From the NCBI GenBank assembly GCA_012518115.1, contig JAAYTD010000004.1, positions 2,881 through 66,880 on the forward strand: a DNA stretch of 64,000 nucleotides. Reading direction: 5' to 3'. Made by a program: the position numbers and the translations under genes. The notes under the pieces are model-generated. The model saw nothing but the letters and a program-made list of their open reading frames with translations, made no database searches and was not told the origin of the DNA. Below are positions 9,723 to 18,362 of the stretch, piece by piece; within the stretch, counting starts at the first letter, position 1; every line of letters begins with the position of its first letter. The stretch comes from Ignavibacteria bacterium. GTDB taxonomy: Bacteria; Bacteroidota; Ignavibacteria; Kapaibacteriales; UBA2268.

Positions 9723-10811
9723 ATGATGTCCAAGTACAGGCAATTTATATTTGCCATGTTATTGATGAGTTTTTTAGGTACTGGTGTTTTGTTCGCACAA
9801 GCTGGTGGTTCTTCAGTACCGTTTTTGCGTATAGCTCCTGATGCTCGTTCGAGTGGAATGGGCGAAACAGGTGTTGCTATTGCTGATGATGCAAATGCAG
9901 TTTATTGGAATCCGGCAGGTCTTGGTTTCCTTGATTATTTTAGAAAAGGTGATGATTTTGTTGATCCTGAGCCGTATCGTCAAGTTATGCTTTCTTTTTC
10001 GCCTTGGTTACCCCAATTTAACGCTGATTTGTTTTATAGCTATGGTATTTATGCACAACATATAGAAGATGTTGGTACTATTGCTGTTAATTTAATGTTT
10101 ATGAATTTGGGTGAGTTTACGCGAACAACGCAAAACGGTCGTGTTTTAGGTACATTTACTTCTAATGAGTTTGCAGTAGGTGCTTACTACGGAACTACAA
10201 TAACAGAAGATTTAGGGATTGGTGCTGGTTTGAAATATATTCGTTCAAACTTAACTCCACCGACGCAAACATCGCAAGCCGGTTCTGGTAACTCTGTGGC
10301 ATTAGATTTAGGCTTACTCTGGAAGCCTCAAGATTTATGGATATTTAAGGATAACTTTTCTGCAGGATTAAACCTACAGAATTTAGGTCCTAAGATTACT
10401 TATATAAGTGAATCCGATCCATTGCCGACTAATTTGAAACTTGGTGTTGCATATAGAATATTTAAAGATGAGTTCAATGATCTGAAACTAGCTATAGATG
10501 TTCAAAAGCTTCTTGTAAAACGTGATTCAGCAGGCGGTTCAGACCCTGTTCCGATATCCTTAGTTACTGCTTGGGAAAATCCGGGAATGGAATTTTCTAT
10601 AGGTACAGAGTATTGGTACGAACAAGTTATAGCAATTCGTGCTGGATATTTTACCGAGCCTTCTTCTTTAGGTGGTCGTCAGTTTTGGAACTTAGGAGCT
10701 AGCGTTAGATATAAAATCTTTCGTTTAGATTTCGGTTATATTCTAACTGTTGAAGAAAATCACCCATTAGCCAACACGATGCGATTCTCGCTTCTTATAG
10801 ATTGGCGCTAA
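9723..10811 (+). CDS. porV: type IX secretion outer-membrane channel/shuttle protein PorV (LptO)-like
   Basis: 362 aa with a signal peptide. VPFLRIAPDARSSGMGETGVAIADDANAVYWNPAGL matches the conserved PorV N-terminal motif. Beta-barrel strand pattern. Strong SD ggagga 7 nt upstream. Confidence 0.8.
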   Translation: MMSKYRQFIFAMLLMSFLGTGVLFAQAGGSSVPFLRIAPDARSSGMGETGVAIADDANAVYWNPAGLGFLDYFRKGDDFVDPEPYRQVMLSFSPWLPQFNADLFYSYGIYAQHIEDVGTIAVNLMFMNLGEFTRTTQNGRVLGTFTSNEFAVGAYYGTTITEDLGIGAGLKYIRSNLTPPTQTSQAGSGNSVALDLGLLWKPQDLWIFKDNFSAGLNLQNLGPKITYISESDPLPTNLKLGVAYRIFKDEFNDLKLAIDVQKLLVKRDSAGGSDPVPISLVTAWENPGMEFSIGTEYWYEQVIAIRAGYFTEPSSLGGRQFWNLGASVRYKIFRLDFGYILTVEENHPLANTMRFSLLIDWR

Positions 10812-10876
10812 TTTTTCCTCTTAAATGAGGTTCATTTAAGATAAGTTATCTTAAATATAAATAAAGTAGTTTTAAG

Positions 10877-10906
10877 CATAACCTACAGCTAGTGCTGTAG
10901 GTTATG
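10877..10906 (+). terminator. strong hairpin after porV (probable terminator; third of three consecutive hairpins)
   Basis: Perfect 13-bp stem cataacctacagc / gctgtaggttatg with loop tagt. The downstream T-run is weak (tgtgtgttattg). Confidence 0.5.
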
Positions 10907-10937
10907 TGTGTTATTGACGAATGTCTGAATATAAAAA

Positions 10938-11537
10938 ATGATATTGCATTTATTACTTACAGCACTGATTAGCTATTTAATAGGAACTATACCTTTTGCC
11001 TTAATTTTTTCTAAATTACTTGCAAAAAAAAATCCGGGCAAAGAAGGTTCAAAAAATTATGGAGCATTGAATAGCTATGAAATAACTGGGAAAAAAATAG
11101 TAGGATTACTTGTTCTACTATTTGACGCTATGAAAGGTGCGTTAGCAGTCTTGTTTGCTTATTATTGTATATTCCCAAAGTCTTTTTATGCTGTAATTGC
11201 TGCATTTTTTGTTGTACTAGGACATAATTTTAATATATTTTTGAAGTTTAAAGGAGGGCGTGGGCTGGCAACTTCGTTAGGTGCTTTATTAGTCTTTAAT
11301 CCGTTTATTTTAATTGTATGGTGCTCAGTATGGTTTCTATTTTATAAAATTATAAAAAATGATATTTTATTTGCAAATACTTGGGCAAGCCTTATCACTC
11401 CTGTTGTCATTTTCTCAGCTCCTGACTATGCTTTTTATATATTTAACTATAATTTTAATATCGTTATTTTAGAATATAAAATTTTTGCAATTATGCTGTG
11501 TATGATTATCATCGCAGCTCATTATCGTAAAAGTTAA
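10938..11537 (+). CDS. plsY: glycerol-3-phosphate acyltransferase PlsY
   Basis: 199 aa, multi-TM. GSKNYGALN is a divergent GSGNxGATN motif, and HNFNIFLKFKGGRGLATSLG matches HxxPxFxxFKGGKGVAT. Confidence 0.8.
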   Translation: MILHLLLTALISYLIGTIPFALIFSKLLAKKNPGKEGSKNYGALNSYEITGKKIVGLLVLLFDAMKGALAVLFAYYCIFPKSFYAVIAAFFVVLGHNFNIFLKFKGGRGLATSLGALLVFNPFILIVWCSVWFLFYKIIKNDILFANTWASLITPVVIFSAPDYAFYIFNYNFNIVILEYKIFAIMLCMIIIAAHYRKS

Positions 11538-11567
11538 TTTGATTAATTTTTTACATTACTTTCAATT

Positions 11568-12473
11568 ATGATAGAAGAATTAAAAAAGAAATTTGAACAT
11601 CGCGACAGACTTGTACGAGTATTGTCAAAAAACGGATATTTTCGCGCTGTAGCTATTAAAAATAGCAACTTAGCGGCTATGGCACAAGAGAAACATAACT
11701 TGGATTACATACCTGCATATTTTCTTGCTAAAACTTTAGCAGCTACTTCAATGATGTCTGCTTTTTTGATAGGTGAAGAACGAATTTCGTTAGAATTTTC
11801 GGGCGATGGCGCTATAAAACATATTTTTGCTGAAGCTTTGCAAGTTGGTGAATGTCGTGGTTTTGTTAGATTTGCAGAAGAACCTGAAAGGCGAAGAGTC
11901 GTTACTTTGTCAGGTGTGATCGGTGAAGGTATTTTGAAAGTTACGCGTATTTTATACGGCGAAGTAGAACCTATAGTCGGGATTGTACCTATTCAAAAAG
12001 GTGATATTTCAAGCGATGTAGCTTATTATTTTGCCCAATCTGAGCAAATAGGTTCTGCTGTAATTTTAGATACAGATTTTGATGAAAATGGAAAAATTGC
12101 ACAATCAGGCGGAATAATTGTGCAAGCTATGCCCGGTGCTACGCAAAAAGAAATACAAGAGTTAGAAGAGGCACTTGCAAAAATTGAATCTCTTGCTGAT
12201 GATTTCAGAAATAATATGCAAGTTGAAGAAGTTTTAAGAAAATACTTGCCATTTGATTTCGATGTTGTGAAAAAAACTCAAGTTGATTTCTTCTGTCGTT
12301 GCACTAAAGAAAAATTTTTAGAAAAATTATTGCTACTAAATAGAGAAGAAATAGAAGACATGCAGAAAAAAGGACAAAACGAACTAGCTTGTCAATTCTG
12401 TAATTCTAAATATATTCTTGATAATAAAGACTTTGATAATTTAATTGGACAAATCAAAGCAAAACAAAATTAA
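11568..12473 (+). CDS. hslO: redox-regulated chaperone Hsp33
   Basis: 301 aa. C-terminal zinc centre CRC ... CQFC (CxC-x(n)-CxxC), with the length and pattern of HslO. Confidence 0.9.
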   Translation: MIEELKKKFEHRDRLVRVLSKNGYFRAVAIKNSNLAAMAQEKHNLDYIPAYFLAKTLAATSMMSAFLIGEERISLEFSGDGAIKHIFAEALQVGECRGFVRFAEEPERRRVVTLSGVIGEGILKVTRILYGEVEPIVGIVPIQKGDISSDVAYYFAQSEQIGSAVILDTDFDENGKIAQSGGIIVQAMPGATQKEIQELEEALAKIESLADDFRNNMQVEEVLRKYLPFDFDVVKKTQVDFFCRCTKEKFLEKLLLLNREEIEDMQKKGQNELACQFCNSKYILDNKDFDNLIGQIKAKQN

Positions 12474-12588
12474 TTTAACTAGCTAGAAAATATTTTTTCG
12501 TTATTAATAATAAAAATTTGTTATTAACAAAAAAAAATGTTATTTTAGTAGTCTTAATATTTTACAAAATGAATGGAAAAAGAGAATA

Positions 12589-12942
12589 ATGTATACTTTT
12601 TTGATAATTTTGATGATTATAATTTCAATACTATTGATTTTAGTTGTTCTTATTCAACCAGGTAAAGGTGATATGGTAGCCGGTATGGGAACAATAGGTG
12701 GTTCTATGTCTTCAATGTTCGGTTCACGTAGAGCTATGGATTTACTAACGAAAATGACAATAGGTTTAGCAGTTGCGCTTATGTTTTTAGCAATTGTAAC
12801 AAACAAGTTTTTTGTAGGTCAATCAAATGAGATAGTAAAACCTGTTACAGAAGGAGTTGCAGTACCTCAAAATAAACCATTACCAGCTCCTATACAAACA
12901 GCACCAGCGCCACAAGAGCAACCAACTACTCCAAACAATTAA
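12589..12942 (+). CDS. secG: preprotein translocase subunit SecG
   Basis: 117 aa with two TM helices. LILVVLIQPGKGD signature and a Pro/Gln-rich tail. Confidence 0.85.
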   Translation: MYTFLIILMIIISILLILVVLIQPGKGDMVAGMGTIGGSMSSMFGSRRAMDLLTKMTIGLAVALMFLAIVTNKFFVGQSNEIVKPVTEGVAVPQNKPLPAPIQTAPAPQEQPTTPNN

Positions 12943-13045
12943 TTGTTTAAAGTGTTGCTGTTTTATAGAAATGTAAATTAAGGATGTTGATTTTATACAG
13001 ATAAGTTTTACAGCTGTGTAGTTTTGGCAAAAAATATTTGAAATA

Positions 13046-13079
13046 AAAGCAGGAGAGTTTTTCCTGCTTTTTTGTTTTT
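13046..13079 (+). terminator. rho-independent terminator after secG
   Basis: Stem agcagga / tcctgct (13048-13054 / 13062-13068), loop gagtttt, then tttttgttttt. Confidence 0.75.
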
Positions 13080-13167
13080 GGCGATATGTTTCAAAAAATA
13101 AATCTTGTGTTTTTATAAATTTTATTATTATTTTTATAGTTCATATTTTAATTTGTAGAGTACGAAA

Positions 13168-14457
13168 ATGATAGATGAAACAATTCATACAATAATCAAT
13201 GGAGATAGCAGGCAAATGAGTGAACTCAAAGACGAAAGTGTTCATTTGATTGTTACTTCACCTCCATATTGGCAACTAAAAGACTACGGAACAGAAAATC
13301 AAATTGGGTTTCACGATGATTACGAGACTTACATTAATAATTTGAATCTTACTTGGGCTGAATGTTTTAGAGTTTTACACAAGGGATGTCGTTTGTGTGT
13401 AAATATAGGCGATCAATTTGCACGTTCCACATATTATGGACGTTATAAAATCATACCTATTCATACAGAAATTATCAAGTTCTGTGAAATTATAGGTTTC
13501 GATTTTATGGGACAAATCATATGGCAGAAACAAACTACAATGAACACATCTGGTGGAGCAAGTATAATGGGAAGTTATCCACACCCAAGAAATGGAATTG
13601 TAAAATTAGATTTTGAATATATTTTATTGTTTAAAAAACAAGGAAACGCCCCGAAACCGACAAAAGAACAAAAAGATAATTCTGCAATGACAAATGAAGA
13701 GTGGAATAAATACTTTAATGGTCACTGGTATTTCGCTGGTGCGAAGCAAGACAAGCATTTAGCTATGTTTCCTGAAGAATTACCATATCGTTTAATCAAA
13801 ATGTTTTCGTTTCCTAGCGAAACTGTTTTAGATCCATTTATGGGAAGTGGAACTACTGCTTTAGCAGCAAGAAAATTAAATAGAAATTCTGTAGGTTATG
13901 AAATCAATCCAGATTTTATTCCAATTATAAAAGAAAAAATAGGTTGTGATGATGCTTTTATGAAAGTTGAGACTAAAATTATTAAACAACAAGAAATTAA
14001 AACAGATTTTATAGAAAAAATCAAAAAACTTCCCTACCAATTCATAGACACGCATAAATTAGATAAAAAAGTTGATGTTAAGAAAATTCAATACGGCTCA
14101 AAAATCGATGCTAATAGCACAGGGAAACGAGAAGATTATTTTTCTGTAAAAGAAATCATTAATCCTGAACTTATTCGCTTGCATAATGACTTAATTATTC
14201 GTTTAATAGGAATAAAACAAAATCCAAAATCAAACGAAAGAGCAATTGAGTTTTTAACTGAAAAGCTTCGAGGTAAAAAAGTATTTTTAAGGTACGACAA
14301 AACAAAACACGACCAAGAAAATAATTTAATGGCTTATCTTTATCTTGAAAATAAAACTTTTATAAATGCACATTTACTAAAAGAAAAGTTAACACTAGTG
14401 GACAACTCCATTGACTATAAATATAAAACTAAATTTAACTCATTGATTAATGGCTAA
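13168..14457 (+). CDS. Type II DNA methyltransferase (beta-class N4-C/N6-A, SPPY type) with C-terminal SNase-like domain
   Basis: 429 aa. Motif IV LIVTSPPYW (aa 27-35) precedes motif I VLDPFMGSGTTALAA (aa 220-234), which is the beta-class order. The extra C-terminal ~95 aa (nt 14131-14412) align by eye to the staphylococcal-nuclease OB fold (IIRLIGIK..., AIEFLTEKLRGKKVFLRYD, NLMAYLYLENKTFINAHLLKEKL). Confidence 0.9.
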   Translation: MIDETIHTIINGDSRQMSELKDESVHLIVTSPPYWQLKDYGTENQIGFHDDYETYINNLNLTWAECFRVLHKGCRLCVNIGDQFARSTYYGRYKIIPIHTEIIKFCEIIGFDFMGQIIWQKQTTMNTSGGASIMGSYPHPRNGIVKLDFEYILLFKKQGNAPKPTKEQKDNSAMTNEEWNKYFNGHWYFAGAKQDKHLAMFPEELPYRLIKMFSFPSETVLDPFMGSGTTALAARKLNRNSVGYEINPDFIPIIKEKIGCDDAFMKVETKIIKQQEIKTDFIEKIKKLPYQFIDTHKLDKKVDVKKIQYGSKIDANSTGKREDYFSVKEIINPELIRLHNDLIIRLIGIKQNPKSNERAIEFLTEKLRGKKVFLRYDKTKHDQENNLMAYLYLENKTFINAHLLKEKLTLVDNSIDYKYKTKFNSLING

Positions 14458-15166
14458 AAAAGAAATCAAAAGATATTCATTAGAGTTTGGTAAGAAAGAA
14501 AAAGTGCTAAACTACGCCACACAAACTTATCAACTTTCAAGACCCAACAAAGTTGGAGCAGTAATGGCTCTCATTAGAGAATGTCAACCAAATACAATTG
14601 AAGAATGGGAGCAATGGTATTTTAAAAATGCAAAAACAACGGGAAAAAATAATTTCAAAATAACCAAAAAGAGTTTGAAAGAACTTGGAGAAAGACTTTA
14701 TGAAAAAATTACAGAAGTGGTTATTCCTGAATGGCAAGAAGCATTTAACGCTTTAACCAAAGAAGACTGTTATAATTACATCTATAATTTAACAATTAAT
14801 CGGACTTATGACGGTTATTTGAGAGAAAAATCGGTAGTGAATGACGGTTTAGCAAAAGTATTTCCTAATGTACGTTTTGAAGAAAGTCCACCTGAATTAG
14901 ACCACGCAGGTGATATTGACTATCTTGGATATGTTACAAAAGAAAAAGCTTTTGGCGTACAAATAAAACCTGTAACTGCAAAATCAAATTTTGGAAATTA
15001 TTCTATTTCTGAAAGAATGAAAGCAAGCTTTGAGAGTTTTAAAGATGATTATCAAGGAAATGTATTTATCGTTTTTAGTTTAGACGGAGAAATAGCTAAT
15101 AAAGAAGTGATTGACCAAATTAAAGCTGAAATAAAACGATTGAAGAAAATTTCATCTGAAAAATAA
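14450..15166 (+). CDS. putative Type II restriction endonuclease (PD-(D/E)XK-like) partner of the methyltransferase
   Basis: 238 aa. The start overlaps the MTase stop by 8 nt (ATGGCTAA), suggesting translational coupling. Candidate nuclease motif GDIDYLGYV-x9-VQIKP (D...QxK). Family not identified. Confidence 0.55.
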   Translation: MAKKEIKRYSLEFGKKEKVLNYATQTYQLSRPNKVGAVMALIRECQPNTIEEWEQWYFKNAKTTGKNNFKITKKSLKELGERLYEKITEVVIPEWQEAFNALTKEDCYNYIYNLTINRTYDGYLREKSVVNDGLAKVFPNVRFEESPPELDHAGDIDYLGYVTKEKAFGVQIKPVTAKSNFGNYSISERMKASFESFKDDYQGNVFIVFSLDGEIANKEVIDQIKAEIKRLKKISSEK

Positions 15167-15233
15167 GATGCTTTTACATAAGCATTTACCTCGCTTTTAG
15201 TACCATTTTTTGAATGTGGAAACGGTATTTTTT

Positions 15234-15399
15234 AAAACTCCCTTCGGGTTTGTCGTTAATTTTTTTAATAGACTACCCCGTCAAGCTAGCGCTTGCCACC
15301 CCTTCGTCCCGAAGGGGAATTTGCAGCCCGACCTGCAGGCAAGTTGAATTAAAAAAATCATACTAATCCTACAAATCCCATAAATCATAGTTCAGACAA
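15234..15399. repeat. GC-rich modular hairpin repeat, locus 1 (three modules)
   Basis: 15234-15255 is a partial aaaactcccttcgggtttgtcg module. The 15271-15345 core gactaccccgtcaagctagcgcttgccaccccttcgtcccgaaggggaatttgcagcccgacctgcaggcaagtt is 73/75 identical to the reverse complement of 46874-46948. 15359-15399 is the reverse complement of the ttgtctgaactatgattt... module. Confidence 0.9.
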
Positions 15400-15527
15400 T
15401 TATTAACTACTCTATTCTATTTTTTATAGAACAAATAATTTTTCACTTTTATATAGATAAAAGATAGCTATGAGCATTTTTTTTCTTATATTTGTAAATA
15501 ATTATAAAAGATAATAACACAAATATA

Positions 15528-16061
15528 ATGCGAATACATATTATATATATTTTTTTATTGCTTAGTATTAATTATGTTTTTGCAGAAGATATTAAAATTA
15601 CAACAAATATCAATAAGAATGAGTATTTTATAGCAGATAAGATATTAGTTGAGTATCATATTGATAAAAGTGATGATTATAAAATTATTTTGCCACAGCT
15701 CCCGACTTTTTTAGGAACTTGTGAGCTTGTTAATGTAAAATATGATTCGTTGTTATCAAGTTTGTTTCTTGAAGTTATTTCATTTGAGACGGGAAGAATA
15801 ACTTTACCGCCCATTACTTTTGTTTTTGAAGAAAAAGGTACGGATAGAATTTTTACGCGAACTAGCGAACCTTTATTCTTCCAAGTCAATGAAATAGAAA
15901 TAGATACTAGCGCTTCTTTGAAAGAGATTAGCGATGAATTTCTACAAGAAACTAAATTTAATTTAACAGGACTGATTATAATTATAGTTGTAATTTTAAC
16001 GCTAGTGTTATTATTTTTGTCTATTTATAAGTTTTATATTTCATATAAAATCAAGGAATGA
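15528..16061 (+). CDS. hypothetical membrane-anchored protein (signal peptide plus C-terminal TM)
   Basis: 177 aa. N-terminal signal LLLSINYVFA and a C-terminal TM LTGLIIIIVVILTLVLLFLSIY. ATGA stop/start overlap with the next gene. Any BatD-like resemblance is only impressionistic. Confidence 0.5.
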   Translation: MRIHIIYIFLLLSINYVFAEDIKITTNINKNEYFIADKILVEYHIDKSDDYKIILPQLPTFLGTCELVNVKYDSLLSSLFLEVISFETGRITLPPITFVFEEKGTDRIFTRTSEPLFFQVNEIEIDTSASLKEISDEFLQETKFNLTGLIIIIVVILTLVLLFLSIYKFYISYKIKE

Positions 16062-17305
16062 GAATGAAAAGAAAATGTAACTATTTGTTTCTATGTTTAG
16101 GTTTGTTTTTGCCAATATTAATTTTATTTTCTTCTTGTAGAAAAAATGAAGAAGCGGATAACACTATAAAATTTTGGCATTTTTGGAGTGAACCAAGTCA
16201 AAAAAAAGTTTTAGATAAGCTAATAAAACGTTTTGAGGAGCAAAACAATTGCAAAGTTGAACTAACTGAATTAAGTTGGAACGATGGCAAAACTAAACTT
16301 TTGGCAGCGTTCAACTCTAATGTAGCGCCTGATGTTTTAGAATTAGGTTCTGATTGGGTTTCGCAATTTTCTTCATCAGATGTTTTAGAAGAATTAAATC
16401 CTGATAGTGTTCAAATAGATAGATTTGTAGAAATTTCTTTAGCACCAACGAAATGGAAAGGAAAATTATTTGCTTTGCCTTGGGTTTTAGATACGCGTGT
16501 TTTATTTTGCAATAAAGATTTAATGAAGAGTGGTGGCGTTGATACTGTACCTCCTCAAGATTATTTGCAGCTAGTACAATTTGCAAACGTAATAAACAAT
16601 CCGTTAAAAGAGATTTATGGTTTTGGAACAAATGGTTCTGATCCGCATCGTTTATACAAGAAAATTTTGCCGATGTTTTGGACATTTGGTGGTTCTGTTT
16701 TCGATGAAAATGGTAATCTTGTTCTTAATTCTGTGAGTAATGTTGAAGCTTTGGGTATTTATGTTCAACTTTCCCGTGCGGGAATTATTGAAACGCAACG
16801 TCAATTAGATGCTTATTTTGCTCAAGGAAAAATAGCTTTTATTTTTTCAGGTGCTTGGTTAATGAAAAAGATTGAAAAGGAAAATCCTAACTTGAACTAT
16901 GAGATAGCTATGATGCCACGTTATTTGCTAAATCCGGGAATTTCGTTTCTTGGCGGTGAATACTTAGCTATTAGTAAGAGCTCCAACAAAAAAGAATTAG
17001 GGCTGAAATTAATTAAATTTTTATCTGATGGAAAAAATGCTTTAGAATTAGCAAAAAATATTGACGAAGCAGGATTTCCTGCTGATAAAAACTTTATAAA
17101 AAATGAGGCATTATTGCAAAATAATCGCAAAAGTGTTTTTGCACAGCAATTGTTATTTGCTAAATCTACACCCGTACATAAAAAATGGTTAGATATAGAA
17201 GCTATAATAGAATATGCAGTTACAGAAGCTATCTATGGACAAAAAAGCGAACAACAAGCGCTAGATGATGCACAAGTTGAAATTCTAAAAATAATTAATG
17301 AATAA
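16058..17305 (+). CDS. ABC transporter extracellular solute-binding lipoprotein (family 1, sugar type)
   Basis: 415 aa. Lipobox LILFSSC. KFWHFWSEPSQKKVLDKLIKRFEE...APDVLELGSDWV is typical of SBP_bac_1. No permease or ATPase gene is adjacent. Confidence 0.78.
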   Translation: MRMKRKCNYLFLCLGLFLPILILFSSCRKNEEADNTIKFWHFWSEPSQKKVLDKLIKRFEEQNNCKVELTELSWNDGKTKLLAAFNSNVAPDVLELGSDWVSQFSSSDVLEELNPDSVQIDRFVEISLAPTKWKGKLFALPWVLDTRVLFCNKDLMKSGGVDTVPPQDYLQLVQFANVINNPLKEIYGFGTNGSDPHRLYKKILPMFWTFGGSVFDENGNLVLNSVSNVEALGIYVQLSRAGIIETQRQLDAYFAQGKIAFIFSGAWLMKKIEKENPNLNYEIAMMPRYLLNPGISFLGGEYLAISKSSNKKELGLKLIKFLSDGKNALELAKNIDEAGFPADKNFIKNEALLQNNRKSVFAQQLLFAKSTPVHKKWLDIEAIIEYAVTEAIYGQKSEQQALDDAQVEILKIINE

Positions 17306-17308
17306 AAA

Positions 17309-18247
17309 ATGAAAAGAGTTCTTATTACAGGTGGTGCGGGGTTTCTTGGCTCGCATCTATGCGATAAATTTATTGAAGAAGGCTACGAAGTAATTTGTAT
17401 GGATAATTTTATAACAGGTTCTCCAGACAATATAGTGCATCTCTTTGATAATAAAAGATTTAAGTTTGTAAATTATGATGTAACAAACTATATTTATGTT
17501 GAAGGTCATTTAGACTATATTTTACACTTTGCTTCACCAGCTTCACCTATTGATTATCTGAAGTTTCCAATCCAAACAATGAAAGTTGGTTCTTTGGGTA
17601 CGCATAAAACTTTAGGACTAGCTAAGGCAAAAGGCGCGCGTTTTTTACTAGCTAGTACAAGTGAAACATACGGCGATCCTCTTGTTCATCCGCAAGTTGA
17701 AACATATTGGGGAAATGTCAATCCAGTAGGAATTCGTGGTGTTTATGACGAAGCTAAGCGTTTTGCAGAAGCGCTAACTATGGCTTATCATAGATTTCAT
17801 AATTTAGAAACACGGATAGTGCGTATATTCAATACTTACGGTCCGCGAATGCGTTTTGAAGACGGAAGAGCTATACCAGCTTTTGTTTCGCAAGCCTTGC
17901 AAAATAAAGATGTTACTGTCTTCGGCGATGGAATGCAAACGCGTTCTATATGCTATGTTGATGATCTAACTGAAGGAATATATCGTTTGCTACTTTCTGA
18001 CGAAGTAGAACCTGTAAATATAGGAAATCCTAATGAGTTAACAATACTTGATTTAGCTAAAGAAATCATTGAACTAACAAACTCAAAAAGTAAAATAATA
18101 TTTGAAGAATTGCCGTCAGATGATCCTAAAGTTAGGCAACCTGATATTACAAAAGCAAAAAAACTTCTGAATTGGGAGCCGAAAATCGATAGAAAAGAAG
18201 GACTTCTAAAAACAATAGAAGATTTTAAAAGAAGAATGAAAGTATAA
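17309..18247 (+). CDS. UDP-glucuronate decarboxylase (UDP-xylose synthase)-like SDR
   Basis: 312 aa. [16 protein letters not shown] Rossmann motif, catalytic YDEAKR, and the MDNFxTGS pattern typical of UXS. Confidence 0.82.
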   Translation: MKRVLITGGAGFLGSHLCDKFIEEGYEVICMDNFITGSPDNIVHLFDNKRFKFVNYDVTNYIYVEGHLDYILHFASPASPIDYLKFPIQTMKVGSLGTHKTLGLAKAKGARFLLASTSETYGDPLVHPQVETYWGNVNPVGIRGVYDEAKRFAEALTMAYHRFHNLETRIVRIFNTYGPRMRFEDGRAIPAFVSQALQNKDVTVFGDGMQTRSICYVDDLTEGIYRLLLSDEVEPVNIGNPNELTILDLAKEIIELTNSKSKIIFEELPSDDPKVRQPDITKAKKLLNWEPKIDRKEGLLKTIEDFKRRMKV

Positions 18248-18362
18248 GTAAATAACGAAGTTCTGTTGTTTCGTAAAAAAAAATATGAATGCTGAAAGTA
18301 ACTTTATTTTTATTTTTAAGTATTTTCTAAATTATTTTTTACATTTTTAATACAATAGAATT

